DNA of 33,763 nucleotides from the NCBI GenBank assembly GCA_964452125.1, contig CAYVLO010000002.1:1-33763 (forward strand). The letters are read 5' to 3'. The DNA comes from an uncultured Anaerolineaceae bacterium. Lineage in GTDB: Bacteria > Chloroflexota > Anaerolineae > JAAYZQ01. Shown here piece after piece: positions 1 through 9,426 of this stretch. Position numbers and translations under genes: made by a program. Numbering within the stretch: the stretch's first letter is position 1; every line of letters begins with the position of its first letter. The notes under the pieces were generated by a model that saw only the letters and a list, made by a program, of their open reading frames with translations, made no database searches and was not told where the DNA came from.

Positions 1-74
1 CTACTCACCACCCAAAGGGCGTAACGAAGTCACCCAGAAAGTTGAAATACACCCGGTGAGGTGCGGTCCGATAT

Positions 75-103
75 TTGACTTGGCGGGCAGGTTGTGTCAT
101 AAT
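75..103 (+). promoter_or_regulatory. sigma-70-type promoter TTGACT-17-CATAAT upstream of tig
   Basis: TTGACT at 75-80, 17-nt spacer at 81-97, CATAAT at 98-103. About 105 nt upstream of the tig start. Confidence 0.55.
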
Positions 104-215
104 GTCGGCTGGCGTACGATACCCCGGATGCCTCAGCCGACTGCTGGGGCATTTTGCTGTGCCTATTGGGACGGGCACCGCGCGATATGACCAGAAAAAA
201 GAAGGAAGGATGCAC

Positions 216-1619
216 ATGAAAGTTACAAGCGAACGGTTGGAGGACTGCCAGGCCAAGATTCGGGTCGAGTTGGATGCGGCCGAGGCGGACAAGCGGCTGC
301 GGGATACGGCCCGCAAGTTGTCTCGAGAATTTAACGTGCCTGGTTACCGCCGAGGGAAGGCCCCCTTTGCCGCCATAGTGCGCACCTTTGGCCTCGAGGC
401 GGTTCAACAGCAGGGCATTGAAGACTGGGGCAACGATCTGTACGAGATGGCTATGAAAGAGATCGACGTCGAACCGTACGAGGTGGGTGAGCTGCAGGGC
501 GTCGAATGGGATCCCTTTGCCATGACGGTTCTGGTTCCCCTCCAACCCGAAGTCGATCTGGGAGACTATCGCTCTGTGCGCGTGCCCTTTGAGGTGGAAG
601 AGATCACCGACGAAAAGGTGGACGAGGCCCTGGCTGAACTCCAGCAGCGGTACGCTCAGTGGGTGCCTGTGGAGCGGCCGGCCGAATACGGCGATCAGGT
701 GATTCTGGACATGGAAGGTCGCGCCGGCGGCAAGGTCTTTATGAGCAATCAGGAATACGAGATGGTGCTGGAAGAGGGCGCCACCTATCCAATTACTGGG
801 TTTCATGCCCAGGTCGTAGGCCTGTCGGCGGGCGAGGACAAGACCTTTACCTTGAATGTGCCTGAAGAGGATGAGGATCAAGACGTCGCGGGCCAAGAGG
901 GGACGGTCACCGTCCATGTCCATTCGGTCAAGGCCGAGGAATTGCCCCCCCTCGACGATGACCTGGCGATGATGGTTGGCGATTACGACACGCTGGCGGA
1001 CCTCAGGATCGCCACCCGCCAGAACTTGGAGACCGAGGCTAGCCAAAAAGCAGATTCCGAGTACCTGGACAAGGTCTTTGACGCCATGATCGAGGCTGCT
1101 CCCAAGATCGAGTATCCGGCCCAGGCCGTCGACTATGAATCGGACATGGCCCTGAGCCAGATGGAGCGCAACCTGGCGTCTTCGGGGATCGACTTTGATA
1201 CCTACCTGAGGATCGTCGGCAAGACCCTAGAATCGTACAAGCAGGAGCTGTATCCGGTTTCGGAAAAGCGGTTGCAGAGGCGCCTGGTACTGACCGAGGT
1301 CGTGTCCCGGGAAAAGCTTTCCCTTGAGGATGACGAGATCAAGGCCGAGATCGATCGGCTGGTCGAATCGATGGGCGAGCAGGGCGACGAAATGCGCGAG
1401 ATGCTGGAGAGCCCGATGGGCCGCATGTCGATCGCCGAGGATCTGATGATTCAGCGAGTTCAAGAGCGCATCGTCCAGATCGCCAAGGGCGAGGCTCCGC
1501 CGCTGAAGGAAGACAAGACTGAGCCTGAGACCGAGGCCGCCGACGACGCAGAGGGCGAACCCGAGGCAGCGGCTGAGGAGATCGGCGCGGACGAGGGCCC
1601 GGAATCGGAGACGGACTAG
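216..1619 (+). CDS. tig: trigger factor (ribosome-associated chaperone/PPIase) with an acidic C-terminal tail
   Basis: In the ORF 75-1619 frame. [20 protein letters not shown] is a trigger-factor-like N-terminus. SD GGAAGG at 204-209. ATG at 216 chosen, but ATG at 210 is equally possible. Sits in the conserved tig-clpP-clpX order. Confidence 0.9.
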   Translation: MKVTSERLEDCQAKIRVELDAAEADKRLRDTARKLSREFNVPGYRRGKAPFAAIVRTFGLEAVQQQGIEDWGNDLYEMAMKEIDVEPYEVGELQGVEWDPFAMTVLVPLQPEVDLGDYRSVRVPFEVEEITDEKVDEALAELQQRYAQWVPVERPAEYGDQVILDMEGRAGGKVFMSNQEYEMVLEEGATYPITGFHAQVVGLSAGEDKTFTLNVPEEDEDQDVAGQEGTVTVHVHSVKAEELPPLDDDLAMMVGDYDTLADLRIATRQNLETEASQKADSEYLDKVFDAMIEAAPKIEYPAQAVDYESDMALSQMERNLASSGIDFDTYLRIVGKTLESYKQELYPVSEKRLQRRLVLTEVVSREKLSLEDDEIKAEIDRLVESMGEQGDEMREMLESPMGRMSIAEDLMIQRVQERIVQIAKGEAPPLKEDKTEPETEAADDAEGEPEAAAEEIGADEGPESETD

Positions 1620-1747
1620 GTCTCTGCGCCTGCCTTGGGGAGACATCTTACAGACCCCAGGCCGTTCCGGATGTACACTGGGCGGGAGCAAAGGGAGTCA
1701 TTCCCATTTGCTCAGTCTTGATGGAAGGACATCCAGGAGGTAACTCG

Positions 1748-2383
1748 ATGCACAATAGTTTGATCCCAATGGTCATAGAGACGACAGGGCGCGGCGAGCG
1801 AGCCTACGACATCTATTCGTTGTTGCTCAAAGAGCGCATTGTCTTTCTCGGCACACCCATCAACGACCAGGTTTCGAACCTGATCGTTGCTCAATTGCTT
1901 TTCTTGGACCGGGAGAATCCCGACAAGGAGATCCAGCTCTATATCAATTCGCCTGGAGGCGAGATCTATCCGGGGTTGGCGGTCTATGACACCATACAGA
2001 TGCTGCGCGCCCCGGTCTCGACCATCGCGGTGGGTTGGACGGCGAGCCTGGGCACGGTGCTGCTGGCGGCGGGTACCAAGGGCCGGCGGTTTGCGTTGCC
2101 CCACGCGACGATCCACATGCACCCGGCCGGCGGCGGTGCTCGGGGGTACGCGCCCGATGTCGAGATCCAGTACAAAGAGCTAAAGCGCATGCAGGACATG
2201 CTGCACAAGATCCTGTCCAAGCATACCGGACAGACTTCGGAAAAGATCGCCGACGACTTTGACCGCGACCATTTTATGGACGCCTATTCTGCCGTCGAAT
2301 ACGGATTGATCGACGAGGTATTGACGGTGGCCGACGAGACACCGAAAGAGGAAACCTCTTCGGAAGCGGAATCGGAGGCGTAG
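1748..2383 (+). CDS. clpP: ATP-dependent Clp protease proteolytic subunit ClpP
   Basis: SD AGGAGG at 1735-1740 and ATG at 1748. ClpP motifs seen: [24 protein letters not shown] (Ser nucleophile) and HATIHMHP (His). Short acidic C-terminal tail. Confidence 0.92.
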   Translation: MHNSLIPMVIETTGRGERAYDIYSLLLKERIVFLGTPINDQVSNLIVAQLLFLDRENPDKEIQLYINSPGGEIYPGLAVYDTIQMLRAPVSTIAVGWTASLGTVLLAAGTKGRRFALPHATIHMHPAGGGARGYAPDVEIQYKELKRMQDMLHKILSKHTGQTSEKIADDFDRDHFMDAYSAVEYGLIDEVLTVADETPKEETSSEAESEA

Positions 2384-2394
2384 GAGAACAGCGG

Positions 2395-3696
2395 ATGTCA
2401 CAGCAAAAAGTAGGCGCGGTACAAACCTGTTCCTTTTGTAGCAGGCGCGCCGAAGAGGTGAACAAGCTGATAGCGGGCCCCGATGGCGTCTTTATCTGTG
2501 ATGACTGTGTCGGGCTTTGCGTCGAGATCCTGGAGGAGGAGCGGCTGCTGGAGCTGAAAGAGGGCTCTGATGGCGGGGTTACCGATCTGCCGTCGCCTCG
2601 AGAGATCTTTCAGCGACTGGAAGAATATGTCATCGGCCAGGAACCGGCGAAAAAGGTCCTGTCGGTGGCGGTCTACAATCATTACAAGCGGATCAATGCC
2701 GGGTCTGCCGTGGATGAGGTGGAACTGCAAAAGAGCAATATCCTACTCGTCGGCCCGACCGGTTGCGGCAAGACCCTGCTTGCCCAAACCCTGGCGCGCA
2801 TTCTGGACGTGCCCTTTTCCATCGCCGACGCCACGGCCCTCACCGAGGCCGGCTATGTGGGCGAGGACGTAGAGACGATCCTGCTCGGGTTACTCCAGGC
2901 TGCCGATTTCGACATCGAGCGGGCTTCCAAGGGCATTATCTACATCGACGAGATCGACAAGAGCGGGCGCAAGTCGGGCGACAACCCCAGCATCACCCGC
3001 GATGTTTCGGGAGAAGGGGTGCAACAAGCGCTTCTCAAGATCGTGGAGGGGGCTGACGTGAATGTACCGCCTCACGGCGGGCGCAAACATCCCCAGCAGG
3101 AGTTTATCCAGATCAACACCACCGATATCCTGTTCATTTGCGGCGGCACCTTTGAGGGGCTGGACCAGATCGTCGCCGAGCGGGTGGGCGTCAAGGGTCA
3201 GGTGGGGTTCTCGTCGGGACGCGACGAGCGCCATCGCCGGGAAATGACGTCGGCCGAGCTGTTGCGGCAGCTCACCCCCGATGACCTGATGGCCTATGGG
3301 CTGATTCCCGAGCTGGTGGGCCGTCTGCCGGTGGCCGTCAGCATCGATCCGCTGGATAAGGAATCGATGATGGCTATTCTGACCGAACCCAAGAACGCGC
3401 TGACCAAGCAGTTCAGGCGCATGTTGGATCTGGATGGGGTGGAGTTGGTGCTCACCGAAGACGCGCTGGAGGCCATCGCCGAAGAGGCCCTGGGCCGCAA
3501 GACCGGCGCGCGTGGTCTGCGCACCATCATCGAGGACACGCTGCTGGACGTGATGTACGAGATCCCCTCTCGATCCGACGTGGTCAAGTGCGTGGTGAAC
3601 GGGGACACCATCCGGCGAAGAACCAGGCCGCTGCTGTTGAACAAGCAGGATCGGCCCGTGGCGTGGGAAGACGAAGGCCTGCAGGAATCGGCCTAG
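2395..3696 (+). CDS. clpX: ATP-dependent Clp protease ATP-binding subunit ClpX
   Basis: N-terminal zinc ribbon CSFCSRR...FICDDCV. Walker A GPTGCGKT. Walker [10 protein letters not shown]. Starts 12 nt after the clpP stop. Confidence 0.95.
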   Translation: MSQQKVGAVQTCSFCSRRAEEVNKLIAGPDGVFICDDCVGLCVEILEEERLLELKEGSDGGVTDLPSPREIFQRLEEYVIGQEPAKKVLSVAVYNHYKRINAGSAVDEVELQKSNILLVGPTGCGKTLLAQTLARILDVPFSIADATALTEAGYVGEDVETILLGLLQAADFDIERASKGIIYIDEIDKSGRKSGDNPSITRDVSGEGVQQALLKIVEGADVNVPPHGGRKHPQQEFIQINTTDILFICGGTFEGLDQIVAERVGVKGQVGFSSGRDERHRREMTSAELLRQLTPDDLMAYGLIPELVGRLPVAVSIDPLDKESMMAILTEPKNALTKQFRRMLDLDGVELVLTEDALEAIAEEALGRKTGARGLRTIIEDTLLDVMYEIPSRSDVVKCVVNGDTIRRRTRPLLLNKQDRPVAWEDEGLQESA

Positions 3697-3719
3697 ACTC
3701 GTCCCATCTCGTTTGTCTG

Positions 3720-3753
3720 AAAAGCCCGCTGGCATGATCGCAGCGGGCTTTTT
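3720..3753. terminator. bidirectional intrinsic terminator between convergent clpX and the U32 peptidase gene
   Basis: AAAAGCCCGCTG (3720-3731) pairs with CAGCGGGCTTTT (3741-3752). 9-nt loop. A-tract on the left and T-tract on the right. Confidence 0.8.
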
Positions 3754-3757
3754 GCAT

Positions 3758-5632
3758 TCAATCGCCTGTCTGGTTTGGGACGGATGGGGGGTTTTCGTAC
3801 AGGATTTCCATTTCGCAGTCGGAGCAACGGAAACGCAGCCGGTAACGACGCCCCTCTTGATCGACCAGAAAGAGGGGTTCTCGCAGCCTTTCGGTCTTTT
3901 GGACGCCATCGCAGTAGCCGAGTTGGTGTTGGATGCAGTAGCGGGTCCGCATCACAACCCTGCCATCCATGTCGAGCCCCGATTCGGCGGCCGGCTCGAT
4001 CTCTGCCACACCATGGCGCCGGTAAAAGGCGGCGGCATGGCGGTTCAGGACGTTGCCGCGATAGGTGAGGGTTTTCTCCGGGTAGGGCGCGTCGTTCGGC
4101 GTGATGCCGCCGGGCAGGCGGGGGCGGTTTTGGGCGCGGACCTCGATCAGCCGGTCCAGCGCCTGGCGGCGAAGGGCATTGAGGACCGAAACCGGCAAAA
4201 AGTAAGCCTGGTCCCAGACCAGGTCCACCTGCGTGCAGTCAAAGATCGTGCCGCCGGTTTTGGCGAGTTGGGTGCGAACGGTGCTCTCGGCCCGGTCGGG
4301 TTGCGTGGCTGGCGCTTTTTCGGCGTCGAGGGTGGCGGTGGCCTCATTGCCGTCTGGGTCGACTACGTGTAGGGCAAACCCCTGGGCCGAGCTCTCGAAC
4401 CGCATCTGTATGGGGATCTTGCGCGCGGGTTGGCTGCGTTCCACCTGGCGCAAAAAGCTATGGTCGCGGTTGCGATAGATGTGCTGCCCCTGGCAAAGGG
4501 GGACCACGCCTTCGGGAGTGATGAGCCACTGATGGGGGTGCTGGGCCGTGGGCGTAGCCGCATTGACCACGGTGCCGTCGAGTTCGCCGTTTTCGTCGAA
4601 CCAGCACAGGCCATCGCCGTTGTTCAGGACGGCCTGGGTGTCCAACAGGAAGCGGGGACCCTGCACCGCGGTGACGGTGCCCAGGTACTCGCCCACCATT
4701 TTGGGCGAGTCCAGGGCGCCGGGCGGTTCCTGCCGGCCCTGGAGGAAATGGGTGGTGTACCCCCGGTTAAAGGTCTTGGCCAGGTCGGGCTCAAAATCGA
4801 CGACGCTGTGCCCTGAAGAGCTGCGGAGCCAGCCCCGTGCTGCCAGGGCCTGATCCAGCCGCTGCCGATACCCGCTTACGACGTTGGTCACATAGGCCTG
4901 GTCTTTGAGGCGGCCCTCGATCTTGAACGAGGTCACCCCGGCGTCGAGCAGGTCTTCCAGGTGGTCCGAAAGGTTCAGGTCGCGCAGGGAAAGCAGGTGG
5001 CGGTCTCGGGCGAGGATCTGGCCGTCGCGGTCGATGAGCGAGTAGCGGCGGCGGCAGGGCTGAGCGCACTCGCCCCGGTTGCCGCTGCGGCCTCCCAGGG
5101 CGTAGCTCATGTAGCATTGGCCGCTGTAGCTGACGCACAGGGCGCCGTGGACGAACGATTCCAGTTCCATGTGCGTTTGGGCGCGGATGGCGCGGATCTG
5201 CTCCAGGCTCAGCTCGCGGGCCAGGATGACGCGCCGAAAGCCCACCTGCTCGAGGAAGGCGATTCGCTCGGGGGTGTGGTTGTGCATCTGGGTGCTGGCG
5301 ATCAGGGCGATGGGCGGCAGGTCGGCTTCCAGCAACCCCATGTCCTGGATGATGATGGCGTCGACGCCCATGTCGTACAGTTGATGGATCAGCCGCACGG
5401 CCTGGGGCAGTTCCTCGTTGTAGAGGAGGGTGTTCACCGTCACATAGACCCGGGCCCAATAGAGATGGGCGTGGGCCACCAGCGAAGAGATATCCTCGAG
5501 GGAATTGCCTGCTTTGGCGCGCGCGCCAAACTGCGGCCCGCCAATATAAATGGCATCGGCGCCGCTATCCAGGGCCGCCAGACCGCTGGCCCGGTCTTTG
5601 GCCGGGGCCAGCAGTTCAACTCGGGGGATCAT
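3758..5632 (-). CDS. peptidase U32 family protein (collagenase-like/PrtC-type, long form)
   Basis: IPRVELLAPAKDRASGLAALDSGADAIYIGGPQFGARA is a typical U32 N-terminus. GECAQPCRRRY Cys motif present. ATG at 5632 preferred over the TTG at 5635. Confidence 0.85.
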   Translation of the reverse strand: MIPRVELLAPAKDRASGLAALDSGADAIYIGGPQFGARAKAGNSLEDISSLVAHAHLYWARVYVTVNTLLYNEELPQAVRLIHQLYDMGVDAIIIQDMGLLEADLPPIALIASTQMHNHTPERIAFLEQVGFRRVILARELSLEQIRAIRAQTHMELESFVHGALCVSYSGQCYMSYALGGRSGNRGECAQPCRRRYSLIDRDGQILARDRHLLSLRDLNLSDHLEDLLDAGVTSFKIEGRLKDQAYVTNVVSGYRQRLDQALAARGWLRSSSGHSVVDFEPDLAKTFNRGYTTHFLQGRQEPPGALDSPKMVGEYLGTVTAVQGPRFLLDTQAVLNNGDGLCWFDENGELDGTVVNAATPTAQHPHQWLITPEGVVPLCQGQHIYRNRDHSFLRQVERSQPARKIPIQMRFESSAQGFALHVVDPDGNEATATLDAEKAPATQPDRAESTVRTQLAKTGGTIFDCTQVDLVWDQAYFLPVSVLNALRRQALDRLIEVRAQNRPRLPGGITPNDAPYPEKTLTYRGNVLNRHAAAFYRRHGVAEIEPAAESGLDMDGRVVMRTRYCIQHQLGYCDGVQKTERLREPLFLVDQEGRRYRLRFRCSDCEMEILYENPPSVPNQTGD

Positions 5633-5660
5633 CAAAGAACCGACTCAAAGGTATCCAGTA

Positions 5661-6548
5661 TCAGGCGTACCGGCTCCCAATGGGCATGTCGGCAAAGATC
5701 TCTTGGGCGGCATAGGCAACGCCGACCATGCTGCGGCCGGTGTGAGCGCCCAACACCAACGACATGGGCCCGACGGGCAGCCAGGTGCAGTCGAATTGGG
5801 GTTCGATATAGTGCCGGAGCAGCTCGGCCCCTTCGGGGTTGAAAGCGTGGAGTACCTGAACCTGGAGCGCGCTGCCGGGCGCATGCTGGCGGGTCATCAG
5901 GGTGACCAGGTGCTGCACGGCCCGTTCAAAGGTGCGTGCCTGTCCCATCTGGACGTAGGTGCCGTTGACCTTTTCCACACCGATGATCGGTTTGATGTTC
6001 AGGATGGAGGCGATCAGGCCTTTCATGTGGCTGATGCGTCCGCCGTGGATCAGGTATTTGAGTTCCTTGAGGGTATAGATGCTTTCCGTGGCGTCGCTGA
6101 TGCGCTGGGCCAGAGCCAGGGCTTCTTCCAAAGGCCAGCCGGCCTTCAATGCTCGAGCCGCCGCTTCGACCTGCCAGCCTGCTCCTGCCGACAGGGTTTT
6201 GGTGTCAAAATAGGTGATGCGGGCTTCGGGAACCAACTCTTCTGCGGCCTTGGCCGAGTGATAGGTGCCGCTTAGGCCCGAAGTCATGTGGATGGAGAGG
6301 ATGTCGGGGTCCTCGGCCGCCAGTTTCCGATAGAGTTCCGCAAAATCGCCCACCGAAGGCTGCGAGGTGGTAGGCAGGTTGTCGCTCGCTTCCAAGATAG
6401 GATAGAAATCCTCAGCCTGAAGGTCGATTCCCTCCCGATACGAGATGCCGTCGAGGGTGACGACCAAGGGGACAACGTGAATGTTCAGGTCGGCAGCTTC
6501 CTCCGGAGAAAGCCAAACGTCGGTTCCACTGTCGGTTACAATTTGCAT
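5661..6548 (-). CDS. DegV family fatty-acid-binding protein
   Basis: MQIVTDSGTDV start. TSQPS and SGLSGTY DegV hallmarks. SD GGAGGG lies 5 nt before the ATG at 6548. The ORF-track start at 6584 lacks an SD. Confidence 0.85.
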   Translation of the reverse strand: MQIVTDSGTDVWLSPEEAADLNIHVVPLVVTLDGISYREGIDLQAEDFYPILEASDNLPTTSQPSVGDFAELYRKLAAEDPDILSIHMTSGLSGTYHSAKAAEELVPEARITYFDTKTLSAGAGWQVEAAARALKAGWPLEEALALAQRISDATESIYTLKELKYLIHGGRISHMKGLIASILNIKPIIGVEKVNGTYVQMGQARTFERAVQHLVTLMTRQHAPGSALQVQVLHAFNPEGAELLRHYIEPQFDCTWLPVGPMSLVLGAHTGRSMVGVAYAAQEIFADMPIGSRYA

Positions 6549-6789
6549 TTCTTCCCTCCTGGTAAGGTGTACCCTGTCTGGCAAGCCTCCATAAGTGCGT
6601 TGCCTTTTTTACGAGTGTAGTGGGCCGGGCGCTTGTGCATTCTCTTGGGATGGAACAAACAGAGCACGGAAAACAACAAAAGGCACTCCGCCAAGTTGCT
6701 ATTTGGGTGGGGTGCCATACCAGCCCATAGTATAGAGTACTAGCCCAGAGAAGTCAAATCGGGTACTGGGAAAGTGAAAGGGAAAAGAA

Positions 6790-7950
6790 CTATCGGGTTC
6801 TGTCTTTGGGAAGGGCCAGTCGATAGGTTCCAGGGTTTACCAGCGGGTCGCACTCGACTTCCAATCCGAGGCTTTCGGCCAGGGCGCTCAGGCCCACGAC
6901 CATTTGATCGGGATGGATGGCCAGGCGGCCCGGCTTTTGGCCTCCGGTCCATTCCTTGGATTGGAAAAGGTCGATGGCCCGTTGGAGAAAGGCCGCCAGG
7001 TCAAAGGATGGGGGATTGTGGCCTACGTCCTGGCGGGGGTCCAGCCACAACCAGCGCCCGGCATCATCCTGACGGATGGACGGCTCATCAGATGGGGGTG
7101 GTTCTACCGGGGCAGGTTGGGTACTGCTCAGCCAAGCGGGTGTCCCGGAGATTGGGGAAATACTCGCTCCAGTCTCTTCTTCGTCTTGGTCTGTTTCATC
7201 CAGCCACTCCTCGTCGGGTTCCTGGGGCCACAAAACCGCCTGTACCGGCGGTTCGTAGGATTCCTCGGACCCCTCGTCAAGGTCCAAGAGATCAAGGGAC
7301 TGCTCGACCGGGTAAAGGTCGGCTTTTGGTGGTGGTGGTTCTTTCATCGTCGGTTGGTCGGCTACCCGATACTCCTCGGGCGCTCTCACGATCGGATCGG
7401 GCGGGGGCGAGCCTGACGGCGCCTCGGCAGCGAAGGCAGGCGATTCGGTCACGATCTCCGGCTTGGTAGTCGCTTCCGGCGGATGGTCTTGCTCTCGCTT
7501 GCGAATGAGAAAGGGCGGCAGGGACTTGGGTTCTTGCACCGGCGGCGGCTCGGGCGTAATAATCGGCTCGGGGGCGCCGCGCAGGTGTTCGAGAAAGGGG
7601 GGCAGAGGTTTGGGCTCTGTCCTCGGGGAAAGGGCGGCGGGCGGCTGTTCAGGCTGAGTGGCGGCGGATGGAGTGGGAGTGGGAGTGGGCTTTGGTTCTT
7701 CAGGCGGTGTCGCCGGCTTTGGGGGCGCCGATGGCCTGCCGGGGGACGGTTGTTCGGTCAGGATCTGCGGTGGAGAGTCTGTCGCCAGAGGACGGGGTGG
7801 TTTTCTGACCGACGGTTTCCGGGCCGATTCCCCGGCGCTGAACCAGGCGCGGACTTCGGACTCGGTCGCCATGCCCAGGAACTCGCCGTCGGGCGATATT
7901 TTGGCATACCGCCCGGGTCGAAACTCGATCAATGCCCAATCCCTTGCCAT
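6790..7950 (-). CDS. hypothetical proline-rich cytoplasmic protein (no signal peptide or TM seen)
   Basis: Long ORF with its own strong promoter. SD GGGAGA before the ATG at 7950. About 200 aa of Pro/Glu-rich low complexity, with the repeat EPK(P/S)LPPFL twice. Globular-looking N- and C-terminal ends. Confidence 0.6.
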   Translation of the reverse strand: MARDWALIEFRPGRYAKISPDGEFLGMATESEVRAWFSAGESARKPSVRKPPRPLATDSPPQILTEQPSPGRPSAPPKPATPPEEPKPTPTPTPSAATQPEQPPAALSPRTEPKPLPPFLEHLRGAPEPIITPEPPPVQEPKSLPPFLIRKREQDHPPEATTKPEIVTESPAFAAEAPSGSPPPDPIVRAPEEYRVADQPTMKEPPPPKADLYPVEQSLDLLDLDEGSEESYEPPVQAVLWPQEPDEEWLDETDQDEEETGASISPISGTPAWLSSTQPAPVEPPPSDEPSIRQDDAGRWLWLDPRQDVGHNPPSFDLAAFLQRAIDLFQSKEWTGGQKPGRLAIHPDQMVVGLSALAESLGLEVECDPLVNPGTYRLALPKDRTR

Positions 7951-7994
7951 CCGTTCTCCCTTTGGCAGGAACCCTCTCACCGGTCAACGAGTAC

Positions 7995-8023
7995 ATTATA
8001 GCACGAAACCGTGGAAAAGGCAA
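7995..8023 (-). promoter_or_regulatory. promoter TTGCCT-17-TATAAT for the proline-rich protein gene
   Basis: The reverse complement of 7995-8023 reads TTGCCT TTTCCACGGTTTCGTGC TATAAT. Confidence 0.6.
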
Positions 8024-8051
8024 GGAAAAAGAGGCACGCTTGGCTGGGTCG

Positions 8052-8819
8052 TTAGTGGAGGGCGGTCCCTTCGCCGGGCTGGAGGACTTGCACCGTGGTT
8101 TGCGGCGAAAGGTGCCCGGCATGTTGGGCAAAGAGGTGGGGTGGTTGGCTGAGATAGTCGGCCCGTTTCCAAAGCGCTTCGGGGCCCCAATAGCGGAGGG
8201 AGCCCCAGTGAATGGGCACAGCCACGCGGGGTCGCAGGTGATTCAGGGCCTGGGCAGCCGTGAACGGGGTCAGGTGTCCTTCTCCCAACCGGTGACCATA
8301 GCCCCAAACGGGAATCAGGGCCATGTCAAGGTCGAAATCCTGCCCTACTTCTTTCATGCCCTCGAACAGGTCGGTGTCTCCGGCAAAGTAGACCGACAGG
8401 CGATTCTGCATGACATAGCTCAAGCTAGGGCTCGTGGGGCGGGAAAACGAGTGCCCGTTTCCATGGTCTGCGGGCAGGGCCGTGATTTCGACGTCGGCCA
8501 CCTGTACCTTGTCCCCTTCGACGACCTCATGAACCGGAACGCCCGTAGAACGTTCCAGGAACTTGCCGCTGCCCTTGGGGGCGATGATCGTGCTCGACGG
8601 GGAAAGCATCCGCAGCGAAGGAAGATCGGCGTGATCGTAATGAAGATGGGAGATCAGTACAATATCGGGGGCGCGTTCTTTGAGCAGGTCGGGCGCAGAA
8701 TTTTGGCCATGACGTTGCAGAAAAAACAGGTGATCTCGCAAAATCGGGTCGGTCAGCACACGGACCTGGCCGATGTCCACCAGCACGGTGGCATGTCCAA
8801 TATAGTGTAGATAGGCCAA
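8052..8819 (-). CDS. MBL-fold metallo-hydrolase
   Basis: HYIGHATVLVD and SHLHYDHAD (HxHxDH) motifs. A consensus promoter at 8872-8900 lies inside the ORF-track N-terminus, so the start is moved to the TTG at 8819 (M-AYLHYIGH). The exact start is uncertain. Confidence 0.72.
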   Translation of the reverse strand: MAYLHYIGHATVLVDIGQVRVLTDPILRDHLFFLQRHGQNSAPDLLKERAPDIVLISHLHYDHADLPSLRMLSPSSTIIAPKGSGKFLERSTGVPVHEVVEGDKVQVADVEITALPADHGNGHSFSRPTSPSLSYVMQNRLSVYFAGDTDLFEGMKEVGQDFDLDMALIPVWGYGHRLGEGHLTPFTAAQALNHLRPRVAVPIHWGSLRYWGPEALWKRADYLSQPPHLFAQHAGHLSPQTTVQVLQPGEGTALH

Positions 8820-8871
8820 ACGCTCACTCTTTCCGACTGCTTGGGGTCTGCGGCCTTGAGAAGCTGGGCGC

Positions 8872-8900
8872 ATTATACGTGCAGATCCAAAGGGTGTCAA
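8872..8900 (-). promoter_or_regulatory. perfect consensus promoter TTGACA-17-TATAAT for the MBL-fold hydrolase gene
   Basis: The reverse complement of 8872-8900 reads TTGACA CCCTTTGGATCTGCACG TATAAT. Confidence 0.65.
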
Positions 8901-9012
8901 TTTCCTGGAGGGCATTGACGGTGGACCTCAATTTGGCGGTGGGGTAATCTGGTTCTGTCTATGTGCTCGCTTACCCGCCGCCCGTTGCGCGGGATCCGGC
9001 GGGAGCAGGAGC

Positions 9013-9032
9013 GGGCGACGCATGCGTCGCCC
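9013..9032. repeat. REP-like perfect palindrome GGGCGACGCATGCGTCGCCC
   Basis: 20-bp perfect palindrome in the divergent intergenic region, followed by CTAC. Family member with 22830-22849 and 24161-24180. Confidence 0.8.
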
Positions 9033-9188
9033 CTACGATGCGCGGCTGCGGCCTTTGGAGTGCGGTCCCTGTCCCTTTGCTCGGCCTGGGTCGTCAGGCC
9101 CAGGCCATGAACCCCCGCTTCCGCCATGTCTGCTGTGAGTACCCACGCACAAGCGCCTGTGTGCCTGCGGGCATCCCCTGAGCACGAT

Positions 9189-9217
9189 TTGCCAAAAAAT
9201 TCCGCTTATGCTACAAT
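9189..9217 (+). promoter_or_regulatory. promoter TTGCCA-17-TACAAT for the 997-aa glycoside hydrolase gene
   Basis: TTGCCA at 9189-9194, 17-nt spacer, TACAAT at 9212-9217. Leaves a leader of about 200 nt. Confidence 0.6.
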
Positions 9218-9426
9218 GCTCGCTATGCTCGTAGTATTGGCGCTATGACGGCTGCAGCAAGATCTGCAGGAAACCGTGCAGAATCGTACGATCCGCCCCA
9301 GTGCTTGTGGACCCCGGGCTGAGCCAGTGTGGATTGGGCTCGGCTTCGGGGTGTTTTGACGTGAAGCGCAGGATAGTGTAAAGTGGTTGTTGGTGCTGCG
9401 GGACGGAAAGGAATCGGAGGAGGACA

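Noticed and set aside
30-1046. 338-aa minus-strand ORF antisense to tig (and 5-316).
   Set aside because: It fully overlaps a well-supported trigger factor gene. It has no SD or promoter and a low-complexity Arg/Gly/Leu-rich translation, typical of antisense frames in high-GC DNA.
9251-9268. Hairpin CTGCAG-CAAGAT-CTGCAG. Considered as half of an ANTAR dual-hexaloop target.
   Set aside because: The loop starts with C rather than the conserved A, and no second hexaloop hairpin abuts the terminator 5' arm.
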